Shown: positions 38,889-51,076, counted from the whole stretch's first letter. The stretch: 61,300 nucleotides of DNA, filler included, from 7 parts of 7 records of this genome joined end to end with filler, not necessarily neighbours in it; one strand, 5' to 3'. The notes: generated from the letters alone by a model not told the origin. Numbers and translations are program-made.

Positions 38889-40715
38889 CTATTCCACCGT
38901 CACAGATTTGGCGAGGTTGCGCGGCTGGTCCACATCAGTCCCTTTCGCCACGGCGACATGATACGCCAGCAACTGGAGTGGCACGGCAGCCAGCACAGGC
39001 AAACTTATTTCGTCCCCTTCCGGCATCGGAATAACGTGATCCGCGCGGTTCCCTGCAGCCTTGATACCAGCAGGATCAGAGATCAGGATCACTCGGGCGC
39101 CACGCGCTCGTATTTCCTCGACATTGGAAATGGTTTTTTCGAAAAGCTCATCCATGGGCGCGATCACCACAACGGGGACATCTTTTTCGATCAGCGCAAT
39201 CGGACCATGCTTCAGCTCACCTGCAGCATATCCCTCTGCGTGAATATACGAGACTTCTTTCAGCTTGAGCGCCCCCTCCAAAGCGAGGGGAAAATACCGG
39301 CCGCGCCCAAGGAAGAGGACATCACGGCTCTGGGTCAGCGTCTCTGCAATCGCGCGGATTCCGTCTTGTGCTTCGAGCGCTTCGGTTACTTTTCGCGGCA
39401 AGGCCAGAAGGCTCTTAACCGCCTGCACTTCCTCGCCCGGCAGCAAATGTCCGCGCGCCTTCGCTGCATTTAGCGCCAAAACCGCCAGCACAGACAATTG
39501 CGCTGTAAACGCTTTCGTTGATGCGACGCCAATCTCAGGCCCGGCATGGGTCGGCACGATGGCAGCAGCTTCCCTGGCGATTGAGCTTTCCGGTACGTTT
39601 ACGATGGCAACGGCGGGCGTGCCATTCTGACGGCAATAGCGCAGCGCCGCCAGCGTGTCCGCAGTTTCGCCCGATTGGCTGACAAACATGGCTGGGCCCG
39701 TCTGCGGCAAGACTGGGTTGCGATAGCGAAACTCCGATGCGATGTCAGTTTCCAGAGCAAGTCTCGCCTTTTGCTCGAACCAGTATTTCGCCGTGTGTGC
39801 GGCGTAATAGGCTGTTCCGCATGCAATCGCGACAGCGCGGTCGGCCCCAGCAAACATCTTGTCAGCCACATCACCCAGATTGAGTGTCTGCGTCGCCTGA
39901 TCAATGTAAGGAAGGATCGAGCGCGCCAGCGATTCCGGCTGCTCGTGAATTTCCTTCAGCATGAAATGATCATATTCGCCGCGCTCAATCAGACTTTCAT
40001 TCACAGCAGATTGCACGCGGGGGCGGTTCACTCGTTCACCATCCACATTCCGGATGTCGTGGCTGTCAGGTGTCAGGACCACCCAATCGCCTTCTTCCAG
40101 ATAGGTCACATCGCGTGTGAACGGCGCGAGCGCGATTGCGTCAGAACCGAGAAACATCTCGCCTTCGCCATATCCCAATACCAACGGACTGCCTTTGCGC
40201 GCACCAATCAGGAGATCGGTATCGTCTGCAAAGATTGCGGCAATCGCAAACGCGCCGGATAGTTTCTTGAGGGCGGCCTCGAACGCATCCACCGCGTCCA
40301 TACCGTCATTCATGTTCTTGTCGATCAGCTGGGCGATGACTTCGCTATCCGTTTCGGATTCAAAGCTGCGACCGTCGGCCTGCAATTCATCGCGCAGTTC
40401 ACGAAAATTCTCGATGATGCCATTATGGACGATCGCAACTTTCCCCGACATGTGGGGATGCGCATTGATCTCGTTCGGCTGACCATGCGTGGCCCAACGC
40501 GTATGGGCAATGCCCATCGGACCATCGATCGGCGCTTCCGCCATAACGGCCTCAAGATTAACGATCTTGCCCTGTGCGCGCCTGCGCTCGACCTTGGGGC
40601 CCGCCCGAACTGCGATGCCCGCGCTGTCATAGCCGCGATATTCAAGCCGCTTCAGACCATCCACGAGACGGTTCGCCACTGTTTCGGTGCCAGCGATCGC
40701 TACAATTCCGCACAT
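38889..40715 (-). CDS. glmS: Glutamine--fructose-6-phosphate aminotransferase (complete)
   Basis: MCGIV start, EYRGYDSAG, HTRWATHG, PRNLAKSVTVE end. Confidence 0.98.
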   Translation of the reverse strand: MCGIVAIAGTETVANRLVDGLKRLEYRGYDSAGIAVRAGPKVERRRAQGKIVNLEAVMAEAPIDGPMGIAHTRWATHGQPNEINAHPHMSGKVAIVHNGIIENFRELRDELQADGRSFESETDSEVIAQLIDKNMNDGMDAVDAFEAALKKLSGAFAIAAIFADDTDLLIGARKGSPLVLGYGEGEMFLGSDAIALAPFTRDVTYLEEGDWVVLTPDSHDIRNVDGERVNRPRVQSAVNESLIERGEYDHFMLKEIHEQPESLARSILPYIDQATQTLNLGDVADKMFAGADRAVAIACGTAYYAAHTAKYWFEQKARLALETDIASEFRYRNPVLPQTGPAMFVSQSGETADTLAALRYCRQNGTPAVAIVNVPESSIAREAAAIVPTHAGPEIGVASTKAFTAQLSVLAVLALNAAKARGHLLPGEEVQAVKSLLALPRKVTEALEAQDGIRAIAETLTQSRDVLFLGRGRYFPLALEGALKLKEVSYIHAEGYAAGELKHGPIALIEKDVPVVVIAPMDELFEKTISNVEEIRARGARVILISDPAGIKAAGNRADHVIPMPEGDEISLPVLAAVPLQLLAYHVAVAKGTDVDQPRNLAKSVTVE

Positions 40716-40966
40716 ACTTCATCTCCAATCAGACAAAGCGTATTTAGCCCCCCTGAATCAGACGGCATAATGACAGATTATGTAGGAATACGACAATCAG
40801 CGACACGATCTAGACCGATCGTGCCTTTTTCCCGACCATTTAGCCCTGCTGATAGATCAAATCATTGAACTCACTCATATTGGGGGCTATCGCCCTGTTC
40901 TCGTGACTATATCTGAAAGCCACAGAGTTTTTTCGGCTAAATGATACTTGAAGGAAACTGAACGTT

Positions 40967-41026
40967 TTGACCAATCTGACCCACCTCGACAGGCTGGAGG
41001 CTGAAAGTCTTCATATCATACGAGAA
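40967..41026 (+). CDS. cysD: Sulfate adenylyltransferase subunit 2 (CysD/NodP), N-terminal fragment
   Basis: TTG start after AAGGA; translates MTNLTHLDRLEAESLHIIRE, the characteristic CysD N-terminus; truncated by the linker. Confidence 0.8.
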
Positions 41027-41126
41027 NNNNNNNNNNNNNNNNNNNNNNNNNNNNNNNNNNNNNNNNNNNNTTAATTAATTAANNNNNNNNNNNNNNNNNN
41101 NNNNNNNNNNNNNNNNNNNNNNNNNN
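41027..41126. other. Artificial contig linker
   Basis: 44 N + TTAATTAATTAA + 44 N. Confidence 0.99.
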
Positions 41127-44061
41127 GCCGTCTGTGCCACGAGCGCGTGTCCGCCGGGTGTAGCGGGCAGTGCCCGGCGGGCACGGCGCCAGGTGGAAAA
41201 TGAGATGCGAGCAGCAAGAGCAACACAGAGCCGGCGCAAAAAAACGCACAGTTCTACTATTCATGATCATATAATATGCCGCGTCGCTATCTGGTGCTGA
41301 CGAGGGGGTTTGCGCACCTTCTGCTGTCCGCCAAGGCCGTGCCAGCTGGGCGCGCGGACGCGGCTTCAGCAGACCCCTGGCTCGCAGCGTCCACAGCGCG
41401 AGCCGGGCGAGTTTCGCGAGACTCTTTCCCTCCCGCAGCGGCGCTGCTCAGGCCGCGCGGCTCGCTCCGGAAGCGTCGCAGCAAGTTTGGGAACTTCATT
41501 TCGGATTTAAATTGGAAATAAGAATCAAACTATAAGAGCCTACAGAAGCCTCGGGGGCGGGGACAGGCCCCTGGTGAAGCCGCGGAACGCGAGGTGTATC
41601 ACCCGGCCGCTCGAGCGTTGGTAGCGTCGAAGGCTTCCCAGGCAAGCGCGCTGCGCCGGGTGGTGCAAGCGCGCGCGATGAAACGCGCGACGCGGTAGGC
41701 CCGCTTACGTCGCGGTGCGCCAGGCACAAGTGGAAAGCCAAGCTTTCGCCAGATTCCTGCACAAAGACCACACGAGTGCTATATTTCGTGCAGATTGACG
41801 ATCAGAAATTACGGAGGCGTGCGTGTCTGCGCAGCGGGGAAAAATGCGGCGCCTTCTGCGCGCACGAGTCACGGCGAACAGAGAGAAATCCCACCGCGCG
41901 GTGCAGCACTGGGCTATTGCGAGCGCGTGCGCTGAATCTGCAGCGCAGTTGTCGCTGCGCAAGGGAAAAAGATCAATCGAGCAGCGCTTGGGGGGAAGAA
42001 CGGATTCAAAGAAGCTGCAGTGCTGACGCTCCAGCTTATCTAGTCAGCATGTGCAGTCGTTGCCAGGCAGTTAGCGCAACAGCACTGTCAATTAGCTGTC
42101 CGTTGGGTTTGCCCTTTCGCAAACCCCACTTGGCGAACATGTGCCCTTCTTCCCCCTCAACGGCTGCAGGATGGGGCTCGGACGCCCGTCCAACGGACGT
42201 CGTCGGCGGCTTGGTACTCACGTTGAACGCGCGCCTGCCGTTGCCGCCGGCGCCGCAGACCTTGCCCTCGTCCGTACTTCTTTGACCGCGGTGCCACCGT
42301 GGGCAGCTAATACGTAGCTCCGTAAGCGCACTAGCTCAAGCGTCAATGGGCGAGGGCGCATTTCGTGCATGCGAAGAGCCGGAGTGCGCGCCGACAGTTC
42401 GCGAAGGTGCGCGGGCTTTCAGCGTTCGGCCCTTCGATCTGAAAGACACCGCGGTAGAGAGTGCCGCCCGCTGCCGCCGCCGAGGGAGCAAGCGCAGCGC
42501 CCTGGGTTTTTGGAAGCCCTCAGCGTGGGCGAACGGCATTTCACGGCAACGCTCGTCCGAGCGAAGGAATCCCACAGCAAAGACTGCGACACGCGGCTCG
42601 TGTGTTCGATGCTCATCTGCTATGTGCCTCGCTTTCGTTTCCCGCTCTCTTGGCTCTCCTCTGGGCCTTTTCAAACGCTCACGCGCGCCCATCAGATTGG
42701 CGTACATTGCAGTAAGCCTCTATTCGAAGAATGGCATTCGCGTTCCATGTGAGAGAGCCGGCCAATGCAGAGGACCTCCCGCTCCGCACAAGAGCAGCAA
42801 GCGACATGTGCGGACTTCGCTAGGGCGCGCGCGCCAGACAGTTCCACAGTGTCTGCTGCGCCCGTGCTTTGCGCGCTGTGTGCGCGGGTTCGTAAGTGTA
42901 TCGATATGTGAACAAAAGCGACGTGCTTCCACTTGTATGTATTATATTAATGCAAGCCACGCTCTCTACGCAGATAACAGGGCGGGCTTCCCTCGGTTCC
43001 GCTGCAAGCGGGTGCGGTACGGGACGAGCGAAGCCGGCGACTGCGGCTGCCAGCGGGCGGCGCGCTGCAAGCGGAGCTCGTCAAAGGATTTTCTGGTAGC
43101 AAATCCACGCGCCTTTGGTGTGTCCTATTTCTCTGTCTTTCTCGTGGAGCGAATCCAAGCCTGGCAAAGTTACGAAACGCTCCTCAGTGCGCGTTTGTTG
43201 CCTTGACAATCTGGTAGAATGCAGTTCTCCCCAACGGTAATTCTTTGGGACGTTGCGATTGCTGGTGCACTGCTACGTACACGGCGCGAATTGCACGTTT
43301 TGGCTGTCTGTCGCGCGGCGTTGCACCTGTGCGTTCCAGAACAACATCCGCCGTTTCTGGAGCGGGACCGCTGCGCGCACGGACAATCTCTAGCCACAAG
43401 CACAATGATACAATCGATTACGACAGCTATGACCGACCTTGTGGCGACAGTTAGGTAATTTGATCCTCGCGAGTAGTTGTAGGTGCTGAATTCGCGGCAA
43501 GAGGAAGCTGCTTTTCTTGACGCAAAGAACGTTGGCGCACAAGAGAACTGGTGCTAGCAATGATTTGCCTTCAGCGTGCCTACATCCGCCTCCCCGCGAG
43601 CCCCTTGCACGCGCGGAGATAGCTGCACCTAGGTGGATATCACACGAAACTGCAGGTCTTGCAATATACTATTTCGTAGCGTCGTGCATGTACGGTTGTA
43701 GTTTTCCGCTCTGGGGTGCAGTGCGGAACGTCCCTGCCGCGCAGCACTGCTGCAGAGATCCAGTTTGTACCGTGAATGAAACAAGCCACTGTGTGAATTG
43801 AAAATCGTTGTATTAATATACCATATATGAAATGAATATACAATTTTTATTCGAAGTTCATGAAATTGAGACAAGAAATTACAAAAAGAAAATGAAGAAA
43901 GATACTGCAAGCGAACGCAATAGCTCTTGACAGGAATCACTCGAGCGAGAGTCTCGCATCCATCGCAGTACGAGCGGACATCGACATTGCGCGGAGCACA
44001 TACACCGCTTAGAATAGGGGTACGCGGCATCTGGTACACGACCTTCCGGCATCCGTTTCGT

Positions 44062-46654
44062 TCAATTCGTGGTATAAATGAAAACGGGTTGATTAGGCGC
44101 CCATGACGTGGGAATTCTCATTTTCCGCTCCAAGGTAGCAAACGCAGCAAACCATTCCATGGAGCGCGCGCAGTAGTCAACAATGACTGTGCCTGGAAGT
44201 ACACGCGCACCAGCGAATCCCATACGAGTAAGAAACACCGAGCGCGCAATAGCCAAAATGAGCACAAAACTAGACCTCGCCGCCATTACAAATTACAAGT
44301 GCAGTAAGGGAACAGAAGCACGAAGAAAATTACCACACCTTTGCAGCAGTGCATCTTGACGCGCTGGACGAGCTGCTCGTGAAGATCAGCGTCCCAACAA
44401 AGGCTCGCGAGTACAATCATACGATATGGTCGCAGGTCCACAACCCTTGCATCGCCGCACTCGAGCCTGGATACAAAAAAAAAGAGAATGATTGACGGTA
44501 TCATTGACGCGAACATTGAAACGTAAGACGTAGATTCTCAAGCGGAGAGGCTTTTGGGCGGGACGGATACGCAAGCGCGACGGTATCGGTGTGGTCCTTG
44601 AACTTGTCGGCCATCATACCTGCAGCGAGAAAGACCGCACTGCCGATCGCCGACCATGCTGGGAGCAATACACAAGCTATCCTCCTCGCCCCAGAGGAGC
44701 AATCTAAGACACTCCCTGGCCCCGTATATCATCTCCGTAGGTTTCGCGGCACTTTTGAATAGCCCTGCCGGCGAGGCGGACATCGCAAGTTTCCGATTCG
44801 CCCATGTTGCCTGCGAGGCGCTCTAGCGGGATACGCGTACGTACCGAGCATTCGACAGCTGACTCTTCTCCACAGCGCGCAGCGCGATTCTATGCAGGAC
44901 CGATAGGATTTCGATGCCGACACACTGCCATTCCTCCTTTAAAAAGGCGGTAAACAGAACGAGTCGACCAGTGCTACTTCCCAGCACCGCGCACCGGAGT
45001 TGAGTGCCGTCGACAGCGCTCGCTGCCTTGGAAGCCGCCCGTACCACACGCTTCCACGACGAGAAAGGCGTGCTCCCGAACGAAAAGTTGTCTTCTGAGA
45101 GACCAGCATCCTCGCTTGTCCTTGCCTACGTAGAATTTTCGGTGGTTAGAAATATTCATATTCGGGAGAGGTATTGAACGGAAGCGGTAATGGCAAAGAA
45201 AGCACAGACAAGCAAACAGACATATGGGCCGCTCAGCAAAAAAGGGCATGTCCCGCTAGAGCAACGCCGGTGCTATCGTTGGGCTGAACGGCGCCCGCCG
45301 ACGCCTTGTCCTGCAAGTCCACAGGGCAGGCAGGCGCCGCGCTTATAGCACCTGCATCAGCTCTCCTCCTCGCCAATGTCAATACAGTGCCGGGTACCAT
45401 GTGTATTGGAATTCATGTCACCAAGCAACCTCTGGCGGCTCTGAAATCAACAAGCACATGGCGAGAGGATTGTGCCACCGTGGCGGCGAGAAAGGCCGCG
45501 CAGCTGGCTTCTGCGGAAATGGTCCGCTCTCCCACGTACACGCCACACGCAACCGTGCGCGAGGAAGAAGTGCACGTATTCCAGTCGAGGGCTAGGGAGA
45601 GAACAATCAAACTCAGTTTGCTACAGAGCGTCTCACTGAATACTACGATTAAATCATCCCATCTTTCTTTTCGCTTCATACAGAAGTGAGCCGAGCGGTC
45701 GTGGGGGCGGCGTACCTTGGCCCGCTCCACAAGAGCCAGAAACTCGTTACTGCGCTCTGTGGCCTCCAACCACTGGAGCGCTCGGGCGAGGCCTTTAGGA
45801 ACTGGCGAACCCTCTGACGTCGACGTGCTACACTCATGCGTCTTATCTCCATCAACAGTCATCGTTGCAAAACCGCCATGTTTAGACGGGCGAGCTCCGC
45901 CGCTCGGAGGCGATGGTGCGCCTGTTGCAGCGCTCCCGTGCGCTGCTGTGCCACTGGCCAGGTCGCCGCCCGGCAATATAACCTGGCCGTTCAGTACGCG
46001 GATGCCGCCCTCGTGAGCATAGCCCTCCGCAAGCTCGCCGTTGACATCGGCACCGCATTCGTCAAACTTTCTTCCACAGTCTATCGAAGAAAGAATGATC
46101 TTACACGTTCGCACAACGACCCGGGCTCGGCGCACCGCCTTCGCACTGCCCATGGACAAGCCGGCAGCGTCGTCTGTGGTGTCACTCGGTGTGACGTTCC
46201 CGCGCAACACGACTTCGCCAAGGCGCTTCCGGACAGCCACAGTCGCCCCGAGAAACAGACGCAGTCCGTACCGTACTGCCGCACCATGCTCCCGGTGCTC
46301 CGATGGGGACAATGGTGGCGAACGATCATACAGAAGCGAATCTGCTGCGGCTTCATTTCCGCTCTCCCGCTCGTTTCCAGCGTGACGTTCGCTCGCGTGC
46401 TCGCTCTCCTCGCCGGGACTTAGAGAACGATATGCGTTTGCGATCCCGCTGCCGACCTCACGAAGGTCTTCCAGCGCCCCGCGCAACGCTGCGCATTCTA
46501 CACGCCCCAGAGGCGATAGTTTTGGAATAATTTGGGCAAGTGCTTCATCTGCGAGTGGATCCAGCGCGCGCGTTGTGGCCGCCTCGGCCGCCTCTCCAGA
46601 GGTGACGTATGGGGCGGTCCGCCCGTCCGGCGCTGCATCTGCGCTGTCGCGCAT
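44062..46654 (-). CDS. Eukaryotic spliced class I SAM methyltransferase (DOT1-like); exons 46654-45716, 45125-44845, 44466-44339, 44192-44062
   Basis: All junctions are GT-AG and phase-compatible. The spliced product contains NFSFGSTP, VLGSSTGRL, CVGIEIL..LH, ECGD, LASLCWD, GTVIVDY and PTSW. The link to the first exon is least certain. Confidence 0.75.
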
Positions 46655-47366
46655 CCCTACGCGGGCACTATGCGACTCCTCCGCCGTCCTCGCCAAGTCC
46701 ACACGACGAGGCCGAACAGCAAGCCAGCCAAAAAAATTTAAAAAATCAATCAAACCAACACAACAATCTCACACCTTCTCTCCAAGCACACGCACAGACT
46801 CGCCAATGAACGGTAGGCTTACGTGCATTCGTCGTGGTCCCCGACGAAGGGACGCGTGTAGCGCTGTTCGCGCCAAAGCGAGCGCTTCTGCGGGGGCGCT
46901 CGTGAGGACGTTCCTCTGCGCTTTGCGATGCCGTCCCGGTGCGCGCGTCGCCGGCGTCGTCACGAAACATCAATACTGGCGCGAAAGCAAAATAGTACAT
47001 ATATTCAGATCGCAGCGGACACCCGGCGTCAGGCTGTGCCCCTCCCGCCCTCCCCTAGCGCACGTGAGCGCGCTTTAAATATATCACAGCAAGCAATGGC
47101 GCAACGCAAGTACATTCTTCTGCTCTTTTCCTCGCTGGGCAGCTTCGTCTTGTTGACAGGCAAAGTAAATCTTGCAGGGCACTATATCTTCTCCCGCCCC
47201 CTTCCACGTGCCTGGGTGGGCTGGCCTCACAAGCTTCGTCTTCCGCAGAACGTGCATTCGCACTGTCGAGGCACGAGCAGATACAAGCGCTGCCCGATTG
47301 ACAGGACCAGCTGCGGCTTACAGGGGCGACAACAAACCCTCTCCTGCGTTCCCCAGGCGACGCATC

Positions 47367-49444
47367 TTACAGTGATTCATGCGCTTCTTTCGAGTAATGC
47401 CGCGGTATATGCGACAGCTCCACCGCAGAGTATGCGAGCTCGCGTGACGAACCAGCGACGGCAGCAGCGCTGTCGCCGTCGTTCTCGTCGTCGACAAGAA
47501 ACGGGCGCGCAATGCCTCCAGCAGCGTACTGAGATTCTCCGCCCACTCGACCGCGAATGGAGCGCACTTTGACTTTTTGTTCCCGCCTTTCTTCGTAGCG
47601 CCCCATAATCCACGTGAGAGCATACAGTGCAGAAGAGACAGCCGAGAACCACACTGCGAATAGCGATGCGTAGTCTCGGCCATGATTGACTGTGGTGACC
47701 AGAGCGCTGTCGGGATTGAATCGCACAAGGACAGCTCGCGCGGGGCTGCCCGAGCAAGGCTCCGCTGCCGATCGCGCTCCGTGCGGCACAAAGTGCATGG
47801 TTGCGGCAGACCGCGACAACGAGGGATCCACTTTGTTATCGACAACGTCGCGGCGCAGCAGAAACGCGAGCTCGAACCAGCGCGCAGAGAGAACCGACTG
47901 CGGGTACACGACACCCTCGCTGGATGCCCACTTATTCCCGTTGTTGTCCAGCGTTGTCATCTCGAATTCGATGTACTGAATCCCCGAAGAATCAGGCGAA
48001 ATGCTAAATGGATGCTCTATCTGTACACATTGTGCATGCCCGGGAACAATTTCGCAAGGGTACGGGCAATCGATGCTGATGACGCACATTGCCGGATGCC
48101 CCGCTCCGCCAGCGTGCGTGTTCTCAATGCGCAGCTCGAACGAAGGCGAATGCAGCACATTCTGAAACACAGACATGAACATGGAATTGCACATTGCACT
48201 CGTAGCACTCGCGAGATGGGCAATGCTGATACGGATCTGCATGGCGAACTCCTCCGTCTGCACTTCTCCATTCTGCATCATGTCTGCAAGCATGATCGAC
48301 CCAACGCGCTGCGAGGTTTGCACTTCGTCGCCTTGGTGGTAGTACGCAATCAGTGCGGCCGCGCATAGCGCTCCGAACAGGAAGAGCACAACAGATGACA
48401 CGCCGCCGGCAAAGGACTTGTGAACGACAACCACAGAGAAGCGCGTATTTCCTGCCGCAATCGTAGCTGTCGGATGCTCGCGCTGGAACGTTTGGGGGAT
48501 GCGGCGAAAGTATTGTGGGTACTTGAACGCAGCTGCCACGGTGGCAAAGATGAGCGCGGCGCCGACGGACAGCAGGACGGATTGCGACGTGTTCCACTGG
48601 GCCTCCGCTTCCGCTGCATCGCGTGGCACGTTGTGCCATTCACTTACGACGATGTTCGACGCGTCCGTCTTCTGCATGGAGCCGGGTTGCGGGAGCGGGA
48701 TAGACGACGAGGGGGGGCAAAACTGTCCAGGAGGACACGATACACAGTACTGCCCCAGCAGCCGGTATGTGCCCGGCGGACACGCGTCGCAGCTCCCGAC
48801 CGTGGGCATCGGCTGCCCACTTTCCCCCGGCCAGCATGGCGTCAGAACATACAAATTGACGCCGTTCAACAAAATTCCGTACGACCCGGATGAAGGCATG
48901 TACACAGCGGAACCCGTCGGGGATCCTTCGGCACCCGTGAGAGGAATCTGCACCACAGCCGTCCCGTTCTGGGTGTCGATGATCGACAGTGCGGTGGATG
49001 TAGCGGCGAAGAGACGCGATGCGCTGCCCGTGACTGTGCTGCACTGGAAACCCGACTGACCTGAAACCGAGGGGTCCACAGCCCAAAGAGACGTTCCGTT
49101 CAAAGCCCCATAGGCATACAATCCACCCGCGTTGCATATCACCAGCACATCGGGATAGAGCCACAGGGCAAAGCTTGGATTTCCTTGGGCGGCCAAGGGT
49201 GCGCTCCACAACTCGCTCACCGCTGGGCTATACTCAGTCATTGTGAGGACGCCGGAAGTGTTCACTGCGAGCACACTGGGCCTGTTCGGTGATAATCCCA
49301 GAAAAGTTCCATTGTATATACAGAGCGTGCTACCTGTAGAGCTGTCAGCCACTTTAAATGAGAGGCTGTCAAGGCCAACAGCGATCGCCCCGTCAAATCC
49401 AGTCCCCAGAATCATGGACGTGGTCAGCCCGCTGTTCGAGGATA
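47367..49444 (-). CDS. Eukaryotic membrane protein, 5'-truncated: PQQ/BamB-like propeller repeats, Cys-rich CPPG repeats, three TM segments
   Basis: LYAYGALNGTSLW and LSIIDTQNG repeats, CDACPPGTY/CVSCPPGQFC, hydrophobic helices; frame open to the linker. Confidence 0.78.
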
Positions 49445-49544
49445 NNNNNNNNNNNNNNNNNNNNNNNNNNNNNNNNNNNNNNNNNNNNTTAATTAATTAA
49501 NNNNNNNNNNNNNNNNNNNNNNNNNNNNNNNNNNNNNNNNNNNN
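49445..49544. other. Artificial contig linker
   Basis: 44 N + TTAATTAATTAA + 44 N. Confidence 0.99.
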
Positions 49545-49579
49545 TCAATCCCCTGCTCTACCAACTGAGCTATCCGGGC
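49545..49579 (-). tRNA. tRNA-Phe(GAA), 5' half (truncated in the anticodon)
   Basis: Reverse complement GCCCGGATAGCTCAGTTGGTAGAGCAGGGGATTGA matches the gammaproteobacterial tRNA-Phe 5' half. Confidence 0.9.
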
Positions 49580-49600
49580 GCGTTGCGGTGCTGCTGCAAC

Positions 49601-49637
49601 GGGGCGCTATTAAACCGGTTTAGGTTGCCTGAGTCAA
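49601..49637 (-). promoter_or_regulatory. Stable-RNA sigma70 promoter with GC-rich discriminator
   Basis: TTGACT-N17-TTTAAT-aGCGCCCC just upstream of the tRNA. Confidence 0.75.
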
Positions 49638-49685
49638 GGCTGTTCCGGGAAAATTTTCATAGGCGCTTCCACACGTTGGGTGTGC

Positions 49686-49958
49686 TTACTGCTCTGGCGG
49701 TACGTACCCTTCCGCTTTGTCGAACGGCTCGTTGTTGAAGAAGCGTTCCATCTGCGCCTGCAGGTACTTTCGGGTGTTGGGGTCCATCAGGCTCAGGTGC
49801 TTTTCGTTGATGAGCATGGTCTGCTGGGCCTGCCATTCTTCCCAGGCTTTCTTGCTGACGTTCTCGTAGATGTCTTCGCCTTTCTTGCCGGGCATTGGGG
49901 GGAAGTCCAGCCCTTCAAGTTCTTCCTGGTATTTGCGACAGAATACGGTGCGGCTCAT
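49686..49958 (-). CDS. yggX: Fe(II)-trafficking / oxidative damage protection protein
   Basis: [27 protein letters not shown]; follows mutY. Confidence 0.95.
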   Translation of the reverse strand: MSRTVFCRKYQEELEGLDFPPMPGKKGEDIYENVSKKAWEEWQAQQTMLINEKHLSLMDPNTRKYLQAQMERFFNNEPFDKAEGYVPPEQ

Positions 49959-50011
49959 GTCTGCTCCTGTTTGGAGGTGGTGTTGCTGAGATCTGCAGGG
50001 ATGATAACAGA

Positions 50012-51076
50012 TCAGAGCAGGACGGTTTGTTCCGGGGAGGTCAGGAGTGTGCGAATGGGGGCTGGCAGGCCCAGGGTGAGGGCCTGGTCCCGATGGATCC
50101 ACCGGTGGTTTTCCTCGTCGTTGATATGTGCGGGGCTACGCACGGTGAGTCGGGCGGGCTGGATGTGTAGGTGATAGTGGCTGAAGGTGTGGCGAAAGCC
50201 GCTGGTGAGTTCGGGGTCGCCACAGCTGAAGCCGAAGGCCTGTTCACAGGCCTCTGGCAGTTCTTCCGGGCCGTAAGCCGGGTCCAGTTCAGGCAGGCTC
50301 CAGAGGCCGCCCCAGATACCGCTGGGAGGTCTGCGTTCCAGCAGGATGCGGCCTTGATGATCTTCCAGTATCACCATCCAGGTGGTTTTCTCGGGCTTGG
50401 CTTTCTTCGGTTTGGAGCCGGGGTAAAGGCTGGTTTCGCCTTTGGCGTAGGCGTCGCACCCGTCTTGCAATGGGCAACTGTCGCACGCCGGGCGGCTGCG
50501 GGTGCAGATCATGGCACCCAAATCCATGATGGCCTGGGTGTAGTCGCGAATGCGGGCGTCGGGGGTGTGTTCTTCAGCGCGCTCCCAAAGCTGGTTGAGT
50601 ACGTCGGTCCTGCCCGGCCAGCCTGGGATGGCGTGGTAGCGGGCCAGCACCCGTTTTACGTTGCCGTCCAGTATGGCAGCCCGTTGCTGGAAGGCCTGGG
50701 CGAGGATGGCCGCAGCGGTGGAGCGGCCAATGCCGGGCAGGGCCTGGAGTTGTTCCAGATTGCCGGGAAACTCGCCTCCGTGCTCTTCAACGACCTGTTG
50801 CGCCGCCTTCTGGAGATTGCGGGCGCGGGCATAGTAACCAAGGCCGGACCAATGGCTGAGCACGTCATCCACCGGGGCAGAGGCGAGCGCTTCCACGTCT
50901 GGAAAGCGCTGCATAAAAGCTTCGAAGTAGGGGATAACGGTGGTCACCTGGGTTTGCTGCAGCATGATTTCCGAAACCCACACGCGGTATGGGTTCCGGT
51001 CATGATGCCAGGGCAGGTCGTGCCTGCCGTTTGTGTCGTACCAGGCGAGAAGCTTGTGGGCAAAACCGTCGTTCAT
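50012..51076 (-). CDS. mutY: A/G-specific adenine glycosylase
   Basis: [51 protein letters not shown]. Confidence 0.97.
   Translation of the reverse strand: MNDGFAHKLLAWYDTNGRHDLPWHHDRNPYRVWVSEIMLQQTQVTTVIPYFEAFMQRFPDVEALASAPVDDVLSHWSGLGYYARARNLQKAAQQVVEEHGGEFPGNLEQLQALPGIGRSTAAAILAQAFQQRAAILDGNVKRVLARYHAIPGWPGRTDVLNQLWERAEEHTPDARIRDYTQAIMDLGAMICTRSRPACDSCPLQDGCDAYAKGETSLYPGSKPKKAKPEKTTWMVILEDHQGRILLERRPPSGIWGGLWSLPELDPAYGPEELPEACEQAFGFSCGDPELTSGFRHTFSHYHLHIQPARLTVRSPAHINDEENHRWIHRDQALTLGLPAPIRTLLTSPEQTVLL

Noticed and set aside
42346..43206. 286-aa + strand ORF in the eukaryotic contig
   Set aside because: Arg/Ser/Cys-rich, no recognisable domain; likely spurious.
45674..45715. 42-nt in-frame mini-intron followed by continuation to the stop at 45413
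   Set aside because: Weak AAG acceptor. Splicing from the same donor to 45125 is in phase and yields the methyltransferase, so that model is preferred; alternative splicing is not excluded.
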